Origin: Octopus sinensis
Lineage: Eukaryota
Assembly: GCF_006345805.1 (NCBI RefSeq)
Contig: NC_043001.1
Location: forward strand, 123,814,001-123,878,000
Direction of reading: 5' to 3'
DNA: 64,000 nucleotides
The stretch's first letter is position 1. The number at the start of each line of letters is the position of its first letter. A program made the position numbers and the translations under genes. Positions 1-13,677 of this stretch are shown here, piece after piece. The notes below the pieces were generated by a model. It ran no database searches, was not told where the DNA came from, and worked only from the letters and a program-made list of their open reading frames with translations.

Positions 1-163
1 GGCCTTGTCACTCTCTGTGTCACGCTGAATATCCCCGAGAACTACGTTAAGGGTACACGTGTCTGTGGAGTGCTCAGCCACTTACACGTTAATTTCACGA
101 GCAGGCTGTTCTGTTGATTCGGATCAACCGGAACCCTCATCGTCGTAACCGACGGAGTGCTTC
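1..163 (+). mobile_element. Octopus-type SINE, 3' portion (cut by the window start)
   Basis: GGCCTTGTCACTCTCTGTGTCACGCTGAAT...GAGAACTACGTTAAGGGTACACG...GTCGTAACCGACGGAGTG is homologous to the tail of the SINE at 16815-17105. Confidence 0.75.
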
Positions 164-590
164 CATCCATACCACATCGTAGGATCCAACCCTGACCCTC
201 GTGATTACTGATAATTTTCTGAGTCAATTTACCATTGAATACCCATAATTGAACTTAAACACACACGCATATACACAAATATATGTGTTAGTGTTTGTAT
301 GTGTAACAGACGGACAAGAATTACATAATTACTTTCATTAGGTTACCGCTGTTCCAGGCTTAAAGCTTTTTTTAAAGGCTGTGACAAAGGTGTGGGTTGT
401 TATATCGGCACTTGCTAATGCGTGTGTGGTTCGTCTCGCTTAAAGACAAATTAATGAATGTTATTACATAACTATTGTTATTTTCTGGATTTATTTATTA
501 CTATGTTGGTCAATACTTCCGTTGCATTTAAATAATAAATTGTCAATGAATCGACACTACCACACAGCTGGACGCTAGAGTTGTACGATG

Positions 591-658
<68 letters not shown>

Positions 659-685
659 GTGTGTGTGTGTGGTGTGTGTGTGTGT

Positions 686-929
686 GGAGGCGCAATGGCC
701 CAGTAGTTTCAATTCCCAGACTGGGCGCTGTGTGTGTTTATTAAACGAAAACACCTAAAAGCTCCACGATGCTCCGGCAGGGGGTGGTGATCCCTGATGT
801 ACTCTTTCACCACTCTTTCTCTCACTCTTTCTTCTGTTGGCCTGCTCGCTTAGCCAGCGGGGTGGCGTCATTCGAAGGCTAAAACTATGTGAACGCATTG
901 TGACCAGCGATGTGTAGCAACATCTGATA
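686..929 (+). mobile_element. tRNA-derived SINE
   Basis: Head GGAGGCGCAATGGCCCAGT (A-box-like) and GTTTCAATTCCC (B-box-like). Tail TGGCCTGCTCGCTTAGCCAGCGGGGTGGCGTCATT recurs at 60028-60145. Confidence 0.75.
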
Positions 930-3514
930 TGTATATAAATATATACTTGTAGGTAGAATTATTCAAATGTATTTGTATACAAGATTAAACAAATAAATAA
1001 ACAATTGATATATTCATTTAACTTTATGGAATCTGGTTTTGTTGATATTACTTACATCTTTTGTACGTTCAAGTATTCTGCTTTCTTGAATGTTAATTCA
1101 TTTCTATTACAACAGGTCTTATAAAATACGTAGGAGTAAAACACTGAGATATGTTCAATTGACTGCATGCTATGTTACAAATCGCTTGTATTACATCAAT
1201 ATAAAATTTCAGTATACACCTGAAAGTAAAAATAAAATGAAACAGTACATAATATAAATATAGATTTATAGTTTTGAAAATCACGTCGAATACTTATATC
1301 CCTTAATACGGCATTTTATAATTAAGAAAAATAGGATTTCTTTTGTAAGAAGATAAACGAATATAAGATAGAGAAGCATCCTTATTCAAACAGCAAGGCA
1401 AAATTACTGTTTTAAAAGAATGAGGATTTCAAAATCATATAAAACCATAATAAATATTTCAGTTTCTTATGTGAAGTCATTTTTGCTTAAGCCAATTAAA
1501 ATTATGAAAGAAATGAATCTTTATCAAATTTTTTTCTGTCTTTAGATAACCGTAAAATTTGTGTAAATTGCTAGCTTAGGAGAAAGGGTACTGTACATGA
1601 CCTTTGCATTCTCTGTTGTTTTTTAATGTTCTTGATCATTCTTGTGTCAATTTCTAGGCTTCCAAAATGGCTTGAGAGAAACTTAATCTGTTGATATTGA
1701 GCCCCGAGTCAACCTTATTTGAGCAGAGTCAATGTAGAATGCATACCAACAATGATTATCTCGCAACTTCTGTTCAGATAACATGTACAGACTGAATTCT
1801 CTAATATGTCACATTTTAAGATGGAAAGGTATAATTTGAGGGGTATTTGCCTTCCATATCTAGCAGGTTGAGATACTTCTCAGAGACTTCCACATTGGTA
1901 CAAGATTAGAAGCGTCAGTTAGGAAAGCTGTATGGAACATTAGAATGATAACTGTATCCTAGAACTTAGTGTATGATTAATATCAGATATTAAAATAGCA
2001 CCATGGTATATCAGTAAATAGAATAGTAAATGTAAACTAAACGAGACAGGAGGGAAAAAAATGTTTTAACAGTACAGCCTGAATATATGCCTGAGGAAAG
2101 TATACGTTATTGGAAATCGAATGAATGGAAACAGAATATTTTACATCTCTCACAATGTGTGAACAATAATTTCGTTAAGCATGGCCCATCTTTTGTATTA
2201 AAGCTAAGAATTATCTATTGATAGAACAATATCGAAATTTGCAGTTTGCACCTCGAGATACACTCCATTATAAAACACTATAATTTTGTACATATAACAC
2301 AGAGGTTTTACTGGTAAAAGTTGATCATGCTACAACCGATTCTGTATTCCAGTAAATAATCCAAGTAATTTCAACTAACATTAAATTCTTATAGATGTAC
2401 ACAGCTAGATAATTATATAGAATTAAAAGATGAGATTATGCATCACCTTGCTTTAATGAAACGAAATAAATATAACAGGAAATAGAAACCTACATGTGGA
2501 TCAGAGCGTCCGGTAGTTTATATGCATTCCATAGAACTAAATGCTCAGAATTCAGCATTTATTATAACTACGGAGAGATCGAAAAGATACACAACGAACT
2601 GTTTGGAAAGGTAAAAGAAGAGAGGAAAGAAACGAGTGTCAAACGAAAGTAAAAAATAACAATTTTTACGCACAAGACTGTAAATTATACAGGAATATCT
2701 ACTTGACCGATATTGGTTTCAAATTTTGGCACTAGGCCAGAAATTGCGGTGGAGGGTATACGCTCATTACATCAACACCAGTTTTATCGATACCAAAAGA
2801 ATGAAAGGCAAAGACGAAAGCAAAACGTAGAGACGGACAAATTGCTGCTAAAGATTTTTACCCGTCACAGTAAAGATTCTGCCAGAAATGGTCCCGCGAA
2901 AACATATTTCACTTTGACTTGCGTAAATACACATTTTGTTTTGGATTGTGAGTGACGTCATTGGATCATAGGACACATGTCTTCCCTTCTTGTTCTAATT
3001 TGTCAGCTACGAAAACTAACTCAGTCCCACGCAACTCAATATGTATAGAATTATTCTAATAAAAACACTAAAGGGAGGTTTGTTCAAGACATTGACTCTT
3101 GGGAAAATTGCAGCGAAAGGTTATATCATGTTGAACTTCAATCAAGCGTGTTAAATTTGATTTTAAACGAATATATTTTATTCAACAGTGCCTCATGTGA
3201 TATTATTTTATTCTAGATTGATAAAGCTAGAATTTATATACGAATCTGTTAGATCCCTAGGAAATATGCTGAGGTACAAAAGCTGCAATATAGGGTAACA
3301 TAAATGTAAAAGAAACAAAATCCGTCAAAATAAAATCCCAACACACGTAGGGAATGAATCTATCGAAATACCAATGATGTTGCTTATTCCTCCATACTGT
3401 TGTTGACATCGGGTAGCCGAATACTGTGAAGGGACTTTAAACAGCATACTACAAGCTGCACACTCGAATATAAAATTACTACTTATATATATATATATAT
3501 ATATATATAAAGGG

Positions 3515-3720
3515 AAGCTTTATGAAAATAAACAAAAGACGAAGGCAGGTGGAATACAAACAAACAATTGTATTAGTATGGCGCTCAGGAATATAAATAA
3601 AACAAGTCTTTTACGTTTCGAGCCTACGCTCTTCAACAGAAAGATACACAGAAAAGAAACACGGAGAGAAACAAGGAGAGAAAAAATGCGTGCAGAAGCT
3701 AGTGAATCAACATGGCGATA
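3515..3720 (-). mobile_element. Penelope-like terminal-repeat-type element carrying a hammerhead motif
   Basis: Short repeat between (TA)n and (CA)n tracts that contains the HHR-like motif at 3608-3643. A decayed homologue lies at about 36720-36830. Confidence 0.5.
3608..3643 (-). ncRNA. Minimal type I hammerhead ribozyme motif, variant core
   Basis: Minus strand reads CTTT-CTGTTGA-A-GAGC(GTAG)GCTC-GAAA-CG-TA^-AAAG: 4-bp stem I, 4-bp stem II, palindromic ACGT stem III, GUA site. A6 is replaced by U. Confidence 0.55.
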
Positions 3721-4052
3721 TACATACATATATATACACGCACACACACACACACACATGCACACACACACACACGCATGCACACACACATGCACACGCA
3801 CACGCTCATACTTCAATCATTCCAAATTATCCAAAGTGGCCAGTAAGAACATGTGTATCTTTTCATTTACATCAGAATACTTGACTGATTCACTATCAAG
3901 TACAAAAGCTTTCGAACGATTCGCTAGCTTTCGTGTCTTTGAAATATTTACTAACGAAAATACGAATCTAACTGCAATCACACGTATTTAATCGTCATGA
4001 CGTGTATTGAAATCATTTTGTCGTTTACTCTTTTCGTGAATATATATGTATA

Positions 4053-4337
4053 CAGTTATGCCTCACTTTGCGGGGATCCACTTTACGAGCTTTATTTTTC
4101 AAGCAAAATATCCAAATTGTGAAAGAAGTGCAAAAGCATTTATCATAACCAATGATTCTGCGTGTTAACGAGAAATTTAAAGAGAGCTAAAAACAGCTTC
4201 TGCTAAGCAAACATGTCTAGACGTATTTTTTAAAATGAAATCTACAAGTCCATCTACGAGTGCTTGTGAATCGGTGATCGCGTCTATACGTGATGGTGTG
4301 CGTGAGTCTAGAGCGGGTGAAAGGGATTCAGAAAACG

Positions 4338-4379
<42 letters not shown>

Positions 4380-4641
4380 TAATAATAATAATAATAATAA
4401 TATTTGTATTATAAATGATCTTGATATTTTTTACTTTACATAAAAATATTCTTTACATTTTACTGTTGTTTTATTGCCAATTATGTACGAGTATTATAAG
4501 TTTTATCGATAAAAACATTTTTATGGGAACGATTTACGATTTAAACACTGCTATTATGGGAAATTATTGCCCAGCTTTACGGGGTTTCGCTTTACGTACG
4601 TTCTCCGGGAATAAATTAACTCGTATATCGAGGCCTTACTG
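4053..4641. mobile_element. Tigger/pogo-like non-autonomous element (MITE) with an internal (AAT)n tract
   Basis: Left end TA|CAGTTATGCCTC and right end GAGGCCTTACTG|TA form imperfect CAGT-type TIRs with a TA target duplication. Confidence 0.6.
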
Positions 4642-5312
4642 TACATGTATTTGGAGAGAGAAGGAGAGAGGGAGATATTAGACAGAGAGACAAGCACATA
4701 CAAATACTGCACATTCGCACAGGAAAGCATAGAAGTACACAAGCTGACAAATTTTCCGGAATTGCTAAAACATTTTTTGTTCTTTTCAAACTTTTAACTG
4801 TATTTTATTTGGAAGTCATTCAAAGCTGCAAGGCAGAAAAGAAATTATAAAACAAAAAAAAAGAAGGAAAATAATATAATATTTATATAAATTTTAAAAA
4901 AAAATTTTCGGGGCATATTTTGAAGAGATCATGTTAGTGTTGGCGCCAGAATAATGAATTTCTTAAGTTTTCTCTTAGTTTCACTATTTTTTCTTTCGCA
5001 TAAATTGGCTGTCTTCCAAACTGTGAAAGATTGAATATATATATATATATAGATGCGTGTTTGGGTTTGTGTGTGAGTGTGTGTGTGTGTGTGTGTGTGC
5101 ATGTGTGTGTGTGTGGGTGTGTGCGTGCGTGCGTGTGTATATGTATATATATAATATAAACAATATATATATGCGCACGTGCACGGGTATGTGTGCGTGT
5201 GTTAGTGTATGTGTTCGTTTGTTTGTTTCTTTGTGTGTGCGCACATGCAACAAGCAAAAGAAAAACCGCAATTTCAGGTCAACAAAGAAATAAAATCACA
5301 TATAAGTATATC

Positions 5313-5543
5313 TATTTCTTTACTACCCACAAGGGGCTAAAAACAGAGAGGACAAACAAGGACAGACAAACAGATTAAGTCGATTATATCGACCCCAGTG
5401 CGCAACTGGTACTTATTTAATCGACCCCGAAAGGATGAAAGGCAAAGTCGTCCTCGGCGGAATTTGAACTCAGAACGTAGCGGCAGACGAAATACCGCTA
5501 TGCATTTGGCCCGGCGCGCTAACGTTTCTGCCAGCTCACCGCC
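5313..5543 (-). mobile_element. tRNA-derived SINE, family A (GGCGGCGAGCTGGCAGAAACGTTAGC head), full length
   Basis: Minus strand has the A-box-like head, GAGTTCAAATTCC B-box, CCTTTCATCCTTTCGGGGTCGAT core and GTGGGTAGTAAAGAAATA tail. Several other copies occur in the window. Confidence 0.9.
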
Positions 5544-5555
5544 TTAGTAAATAAA

Positions 5556-5782
5556 CGCGCCCTTTTAAAGCCTAGCCAGGCTCATGGGCCCGGTTTCCCG
5601 GTTTCTATGGTGTATGTGTTCGCCAGCTGGATGGGACCCCAGTCCATCCCAGCGCTACTCATTTTTGCCAGCTGAGTGGACTTATGCAACGTGAAATGAA
5701 GTGTTTTGTTCAGTCCAGGAATCGAAACCACAATCTTACGATCATGATGCTTACACCCTAACCATTAAGTCACGCGCCTCCA
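5556..5782 (-). mobile_element. tRNA-derived SINE (TGGAGGCGCGTGAC head)
   Basis: Minus-strand head TGGAGGCGCGTGACTTAATGGTTAGGG and B-box GGTTTCGATTCC. Central TTTCACGTTG...CCACTCAGCTGGCAAAAATGAGT segment is shared with 16815-17105. Confidence 0.75.
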
Positions 5783-6199
5783 CATCACATATAAGTATAC
5801 CATTATACAAAATACCTTGTGCTATTTTGTTACATCTCTCTACAATCTGTATTCAACTGCTACCGGGTTCAAATTTGCCTTTACATTCCTCTGCATTGAG
5901 AAATTAAACAGCTGTCAAATTACTAGGTTGATGTCGTCTAATCCTCTCCCATGAAAATTACTGACCTTGTATCATTGATACGACATATATTATACAAAGT
6001 TGTTATTGTTCAGTACAGCTTTTCGTTCCTTCTCGGTTGTCTTTCTCGGTTAAAAAACAAAAAAATTCAGAAACAAATGTTTAGGAAATATAAATTAGAA
6101 GGGCAATGATTTATGTTGTGTGTGAGTCGATTTGTTTCGTTTAATTTTCTTGGTTCCATATATACGAGATTTTCCTGTGATTTTTGCAAGGTGACCATT

Positions 6200-7400
6200 G
6201 CTTTCTGTGACCCTTAATGGGCCAATCACAGCTTCAGGTGCCACATTCTGCTTATTTAAATTTCTAGAAAGTGGGCCTTGTTTTTGGTGTGTTGCGTTAT
6301 AATATTTAGAAGGTTAGTATTCATTTTTTGATTGGTGTATTTTATAAAATCCCAAAGGACGGTAATGTCGTTCCTTTCAACTGCTGATTTCAAATGGAGT
6401 TCATACCAGCTTTTCGTATGTTCAGCAACGAAGTTATTTCTTACATTATTGACTGGAAGACACAATTGGTTGAAGTATGTATTGGCCAAGTCTATTGTGT
6501 CTAGCTTAATATTCGATTGGCACCTGGGTTACGCATCTAGATACTATACTGTCAATTGTTTTGTCGAAGGTATCACAGACACTTGGGCTCTGCTCTATTT
6601 TTGAGGATGTTATCTTGCTACCTCAGATCCTTTGCAGCAAGAGTAAATCCCTCTATTCTGCCTTCAACCCTGAACTCCGTAGCTACCAATGGATGCATAG
6701 TGGATATTAATCATAAGATATTACTGCAACCACTTATTTTGCTGTTTTTTTAAATCGTATTTTTGCTTTCGTCTTATGCATTTTGGCTTTCTTTGTTGGG
6801 ATTGGATCATCTCCGTTAGAAGATTTTTCTATCTTTGCAATGTCTAACTCTGCTCTATAATCCTCACGTTCTTTGCTTACATACTGGACCTTCTGGGAGT
6901 CACGTTCCATCACTAATACTATCATCCTTTATTCTCTTGACAAACGCCGCCGCCGTGGTGATCTCATTCTCGCCCACAACATCATAAGCGGGAAGTGTAA
7001 CCTCTCGAAAGAGCTGTTCTTCACTCCTGCTCCGGAGCGTCGGCTGCGGGGTCATTCCGAAAAGCTCTACCTGCGACGATTTCATCTCAATCGAAGGAGA
7101 GGAGCTTTCTCCGTCCGGGTTGCGGATCCGTGGAACAAGCTGCCAGACGAGATGGTGAAGATGCCGACGACCGCTTTGTTCAAAGCCTCCCTGAACCTCA
7201 AGTGGCCTGAACTCTTTACATGAACACCACCCTGTACTTAACTCCATGTCCCCCTACATGGCCTTGCTATTTGCTTTTGAGCCAAATTAACTAACTAACT
7301 AACTAACATCCAATCTTTGGTCTTGTTTGAGTACTTCCGCAGGTCTATTGTGGAATTTTTATAAACGTTTTCACCTCTCCATAGCATATAGACGCGGTGT
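6200..7400 (-). pseudogene. R4/Dong-like non-LTR retrotransposon fossil (RT C-terminus to REL endonuclease), interrupted by a CR1 fragment
   Basis: Decayed minus frames give SSGLKAE, WYELHLKSAVERNDITVLWDF and EI*ISRMWHLK, matching the copies at 10.4-11.3 kb and 56-57 kb. The frame KYSNKTKDW|MIVLVMERDSQK rejoins across the CR1 insertion. Confidence 0.65.
6930..7307 (+). mobile_element. CR1/L2-group LINE 3' fragment
   Basis: YSLDKRRRRGDLILAHNII...RLRGHSEKL...FSVRVADPWNKLPDEMV is the typical CR1 ORF2 C-terminus. It ends in a (CTAA)n tail, with CATCC on both flanks. Confidence 0.85.
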
Positions 7401-9314
7401 GTAGTTGATTTTTTATGGTACATGTAATGGCAGTGCAGTAACAATTGAGATATCAATGTGTTATGAGGGTGTTTTCCCCTTGGCAGAACGTTCACACCTT
7501 GTTCAGAGCCTGGGTAGCCAATATTTGTTATTGTTGTTGTTGATGTTTGTATTATTGCTATTGTTAATTCCAGCACGAGTATTCTGCCACCAAAAGCCTC
7601 CTGCCAAAGGGCATCTTGCCTATTTAATCGTATCCAGCCATGCATTTACATATGTGTCTTTCCTTTAGTCAAGTCGTTAGGTTAAAGTTTATAAAATATT
7701 TTCCTTCTAACGTGTCTATTCATTATATCGGCGGTGTTGGTGTACCCTTTGTGAAGAATGTAGTTTAAAATGCTTGGTCACTATGAAACAGATAATAGTG
7801 GATATTATTTGATGGATACTGTAAAACAGACCATGTATATTTTGATAAGTTATGTATTTGGAATTCAAGATTTTCAAGCAAAATATTTGACGAAGTTTAT
7901 ATTTTTACTTATTAAGTCTGGGGGTGCACCATTGAAAAGTAGTTGGTTGTAATTACTTCTAATTTCCATTGTCATTACAAGTCTCTCTTACTCTCGTACG
8001 TTTTCTTGCGTATCTCTAGGGGTAAGCAGAAAAATTAACAGTAAATGTAACTTGATGGATATTTCGTAGCTAGCTCTTGCATGTCCATCTCATTCCTGGC
8101 GACTGTGAATAAACCAGTACTGTGCCCACCTCTACGGAAGATAATTCCAGTTTCTTAACGAGATGTATTTGATTATAGTCTGCTTGTGGTGTTGCTGCTT
8201 AGGTTTGGTAGCCTTGGCCCAGCAACTTTACCAAAAGTATTCCAGCTCTACCCTTTAACCAGAAATTAAACTATTGCTTAACTAAAGCTCAATCATAACC
8301 CAACAAACTACGAACGAACATGTTTATTCGAAGTCAATCTTGTCTATCTAGGAGAATTAGGGCAACACTGTATAATGTCTTCTACCATCGTTTTGTTTTT
8401 TTAGGAAGCTATGTGAGGAATGTGTAGCTGCTGTTTCTTGCAGCCCGACCGACCACATAGCTCGCAGATGTAAACTGTAAGAACACATTAGAACAAAATG
8501 ATATTTCGTGGACCTTAAGTGATGACTTTTCTAATTATCCAATACACTTGCAGAATACGACAAAAGAAGAAAATCCCGTCAAACGTATCTTTTAAAGTAA
8601 TTCCATAAAATAATTAGGTGTTGACCTAATTATTCTGAGGATGACAAGATTAAATATAATTAAATTTTAAAGTAATTAGTAACATCACCAGCAACTGAAA
8701 AGTCAACAAATGACGATTAAAACCAAGTTTTTTCATTTACTCGCAACTTGTACTATATAAAGTTCAAATAACGTGATCAATTAAATAACCAATTTTTTAA
8801 CGTACATCATATTCATTACTGTTGGTTCATATTTATTACTATTGTTACTTTCATGGAAGCAGTGATCTCGCTGAACAGTTGCAAAATGACACAAAATGCT
8901 AAGAAGCAAATATGCCGGCAGATAACGTTCTGAGTTCAATTGCAGCCTATATCTTCTTTGCTATATCTCCTTTCGGGGTCGATAAAAGAAGTAACAGTTA
9001 AGCACTGGAGTCGATGCAATCCACTAAACCTTTCCCCTTAAAACTGCTTGATTTTTGTTAAAATTAGAACCAATTATATTTAAAACGGTGAGCGAACGGG
9101 ATCGTTACTGCGCCAGACAAAATAATTAGCGGAAGTTTTTTTTTCCGATTTTACCTTCCTAGTTCAAATTCCATCATGCTGATTTTCTCTTTCATCCTAG
9201 CGGAGTCCATAAACGAATATCAGCTAAGCTCTCCTGCAATTCAATTTTCCGTCCTTGTGCTTATAGAAGAAAGTATTATTATTATGAATATTATATAAAA
9301 ATTTTCAGCTACAC

Positions 9315-9317
<3 letters not shown>

Positions 9318-9404
<87 letters not shown>

Positions 9405-9473
9405 ATATATATATATCTATATATCTATTTATTTGTCTGTCTGTCTGTTGGTCTGTCAGTATGTCTATCTATC

Positions 9474-9558
<85 letters not shown>
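9318..9558. repeat. (TATC)n and (TA)n microsatellites
   Basis: Read directly from the sequence. Confidence 0.95.
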
Positions 9559-9560
<2 letters not shown>

Positions 9561-9904
9561 TAGAACTGTGTTTTGATAATGTTTCCATTTTAATAGTGAT
9601 ATATTTATAGATCACTATTGGAAAAAATGATCAAATAAGCAATTCTTATCCATTTTTCCCAAAACATAATACTGTACCAAGGACTTTCTATTTCTAATTC
9701 TACTATATATGTATATATATCCTCTGTGTGTGTGTTTATCATAAAGAAAACAGGGATTAAAAGATCCAGGCAGATATCAATAAATCACTCAGTTTTAAAC
9801 GAATTTAATTAACAATATCAGACAGACACCAATAAATACAAGTAGAAATCATACATACATATATACATACATACATATACACATGCATACATACACACAT
9901 ACAT

Positions 9905-9948
<44 letters not shown>

Positions 9949-9955
9949 TAGGTAG

Positions 9956-10030
<75 letters not shown>

Positions 10031-10064
10031 ATAGTAGGTAGTAGATATATAGATAGATAGATAG

Positions 10065-10130
<66 letters not shown>
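9905..10130. repeat. (ATAG)n microsatellite
   Basis: Read directly from the sequence. It explains the YLSI-repeat ORFs. Confidence 0.95.
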
Positions 10131-10379
10131 TTATATACATACATAAATACACACATACATGTAGCAGGAAAACAAGACATCGTTAAAGGAGAAATATACC
10201 CATGTCTTCGCTGAACATTAGATAAAAATGCCAAGACATCAGGGCTGGAATGATTAGAATACAATCTAGGGACTAAGGTCTGTGTAATCGATTGACCGCC
10301 TTCCCTTAAAAATTCAGGCGGGGTTACTAAATTAGATTGTGTTTACAGATGGACTCTACTTGGCAGCACAATAGCAGGG

Positions 10380-11260
10380 ATTCCATTAAGATATGGCTCT
10401 CCTGGAATGTTTTCTAGATGTTTCTGATATCCCTTTATTTTTCATCCCTATGACACCTGCGATAACAGGGACAGTTTTTGCTTTAAAATACTACGCCTTT
10501 TGTATTTCAGCTTTCAGGTCCTTATATTTACTAAGCATGTCAAAAACCTTTATAAATATATTTTGATCAGTGGAGACACGTCTATTTCTTGTCTTTGATA
10601 ATTATCCCTAGTCGTCAAGCCTCGATTCTTTTGACAGTGTTGACCGGAAAACCCCAGGGGATGGTGAACATTATACCTTCGACCACTGGTTTAGGATGGT
10701 GTTTATATTAGTCAGAAAGAGTGTCGATTTTGTAGTGCTCACTTATTTCCCAGTGTAAATACTGTCTTACTCCATCGTTTGGTGTTAGCATAGGACAGTC
10801 TGAAACGAGATGGTTTTGTCGCTTTATCGAAATGAAAGCAGAATCTGCATTTTGGGTCACAACCATTTCGAAGAATATTAGCCTGGTAATTTCTGGTAAA
10901 TAATTTTTGATCTTGCGCAATCAGTACGAAACCTTGAGCCTCTGCTTTCAATCCTGAACTTCTCAGCTATTAATGGATTTTTGCCTGGCCTACACAGCAT
11001 TTTCATCCATTTCTTTTCAGCAAAAGCACGGCCCTTGTTGTCTCGGGTGATGACCGACTGGGCATGGGTTTTGGCTTGTCATTAAAACAATGACATTGTC
11101 ATTAGTACATGGGTTTGTCTGTAGAGAGTTGACTTTTCGACAGAAGACTGCTTCCGAATTAATAGAACGGATGTGTTCCTCGTATCGTAATTTTATGAGG
11201 CTTCTAGAAATTCGCCTGTGGGTAGGTACATTTCCGTGCAAAACTATTTAGGGGTATTTT
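10380..11260 (-). pseudogene. R4/Dong-like non-LTR retrotransposon fossil (CCHC zinc knuckle and REL endonuclease)
   Basis: Frameshifted minus frames give LKAEAQGFVLIAQDQKLFTRNYQANILRNGCDPKCRFC, HLVSDCPML, RQYLHWEI and LSKYKDLKAEI. Confidence 0.8.
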
Positions 11261-11484
11261 AAACTCAGTGATTATTTGCTCCTTTTTTGTGACCGTTCAT
11301 GAGAAATTGCTTTGGTCTTGCTTAATGTTTCGCTTTTCATGCGTGTTGTGTGTATTTGTGTGTCCGTGTGGGTGTTTTGTCGGTTGAATACTAGGGTCGA
11401 TGTAATCGACTTACCCCATTCCCTAGAATTGTAAGTCCTGTGCCAAAATTTGAAATCATTATTATTATTATTATTATTATTGTG

Positions 11485-11695
11485 ACAGCAAACTGGCTGA
11501 ATCTTTAGCACGCCGAGCAAAGTGTTTAGCGGCATTTCGTCCGTCACTACGTTGTGGCTTCAAATTCCGACGTGGTCGACTTTGCCTTTCATCCTTTGGG
11601 GGTCGATAAATTAAGTACCAGTAGCGTACTGAGGTCGATATAATCGACTGTCCCCCACCAAATTTCAGGACTTGTGCATATACTAGAAAAAATTA
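11485..11695 (+). mobile_element. Family A-type SINE head and core with an alternative tail, diverged
   Basis: TTAGCACGCCG...GCATTTCGTCCG...TTCAAATTCCG...GTCGACTTTGCCTTTCATCC followed by TCCCCCACCAAATTTCAGG. Confidence 0.7.
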
Positions 11696-13282
11696 TTTAT
11701 CTATCGACACTTGTCGCTCATCGCTCCGTAAGTTCTGATGTTATTCATATTGTTACACATTGTTATACATTATATATTTCTTAACGTTACTTAGTTAAAG
11801 TAACCGGATCTTTGGGGAGCTGGATAGTTCTTCTCTATCTATAGTCCTTATGGACTATTTTGGTGTTTGTGTTGGCTAAGACAACTCTCCTTATTTTGCA
11901 AGAAAAAAATACTGACGGCGAATGAGAATTGTCCGACTGGTGAAAGGAACAACCGGTCATTCAGAAACAACCAAGTTGTGAAAGACAATGACTGATTTAG
12001 CAGCAACAGCAACAAGAAGAACAACAGCAAGAACAATAGCACAGGTGAAAGCAATTTTCCCTTCCTATTACAATCCCCTCACTATCGCAAGAGTAAAAGA
12101 AATGAAAGGCAAAATGAGACGACAAAAGCGAGAAAATTGCCACCTACACCACCACCGCCGATGGCAGCAGCAGGTTCACCACCACCACCGCCACCACCGC
12201 CGCTGCCACCGCTGCCGCCACGAACAAGAACATCACTAACGGAAAAGACAATGAAAATTAGGCATGCAAACGAGTTCGAATTTGCGATAGCGACAAACAC
12301 GGTAAGTGAAGACATTTTTATAAAAGAAAATGAAATCAAGAGAGCGAAATGTGTCGTCTTAGATATTCCTTTTATTAGATGTTCGCCTATTCAGCCCAAG
12401 ATGAACTACATTCAGAAACACTCATAACGTTACTGCAGAATTAATGTTGTATTCATACTAACAGAGATTAGTTATGTGGAAATGTCATATAATAATATAA
12501 GGAACGAGTCTGACAAGAACCAATTGTCTTGTAAATAATTTCAGCGAGTAGTTTGTCCGATGCTCCTTGCTGATATCTGCCAACCGATAAAAAGATCATC
12601 AGCTTTTCTTAAATACTCAGAAGTATTTCAGGCTTCTGAGACACAATGTGTTGAATCATGGGTTTTCCAGAATCCCTTGTACAAATGAAACCAGGGTGTT
12701 ATGAACACAGTCATCGTAATAGAGGAACTGCTATAACGTAACGGATATAACATATGTGCGTTCGAATCTGCCCGAAAGTATTAAGAAAAAATATGCTAGT
12801 TATCGCATTATAGGCATTTTCCACGAAAACTGTGTATGGTTGCTATTTAATATTATAAACCTCAAAAATATGAAAGACTAAATCGACCACGGATATTTGC
12901 AGAGGAACCATGGAATCTACACCCTCTACAATATGTTTCGTTCGAGGTTGCTCAATGTTTTCGGAAATCATGACAATTAATAATTCAAGTAGTAAATACA
13001 TAAGATATGATACAATATATAATACCATAAAATAAAATGAAACAAAATAAAACACGTAAATGGTAAAATTAATTTTATTTAGACTCAGTCTGCTCTATCT
13101 TAAAATTTAGAGAATATCCTGTACAAGAGAGTGTGTCAATTTTGCAAGAAGCAATTCGCCAAAACCGTAAGAGAAAGAAACAAGAGTATTATTATAATAA
13201 AAGAGGAAAGGAAAATCGGTATTTCGGAATAACTGACGATGTCAAAGCTTGCTATATTAATGTTTTTTACTGTGTGTGTTCT

Positions 13283-13289
13283 TTAAGTT

Positions 13290-13354
<65 letters not shown>
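13283..13354. repeat. (TAT)n microsatellite
   Basis: Read directly from the sequence. Confidence 0.95.
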
Positions 13355-13355
<1 letters not shown>

Positions 13356-13604
13356 TGTATGAATGGATGTTGAACATCTTTACACTTCACTACCGATTTT
13401 AATGCCTCACCACATTTTATATGAAATATATAATGAAATATTGATTTTTAAAACTTTATGTATATTACATAAATACCCTGTTATGTATGTACGTATGTAT
13501 GTATGTGCGTATGGGTGTATATACATACATACACACATATATATATATACATGTGCATAGATTGTATGTATATATATCTATATATATATATATAGTATGT
13601 ACGG

Positions 13605-13677
<73 letters not shown>

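Noticed and set aside
2953-2964. Perfect CRE palindrome TGACGTCA overlapping ATTGG
   Set aside because: A single 8-mer is expected by chance about once in 64 kb, and there is no supported gene nearby.
11988-12339. His/Arg-rich (+) and Gly-rich (-) ORFs as standalone small proteins
   Set aside because: They are low-complexity trinucleotide translations. Only the frame running into the donor site was kept, as a weak candidate.
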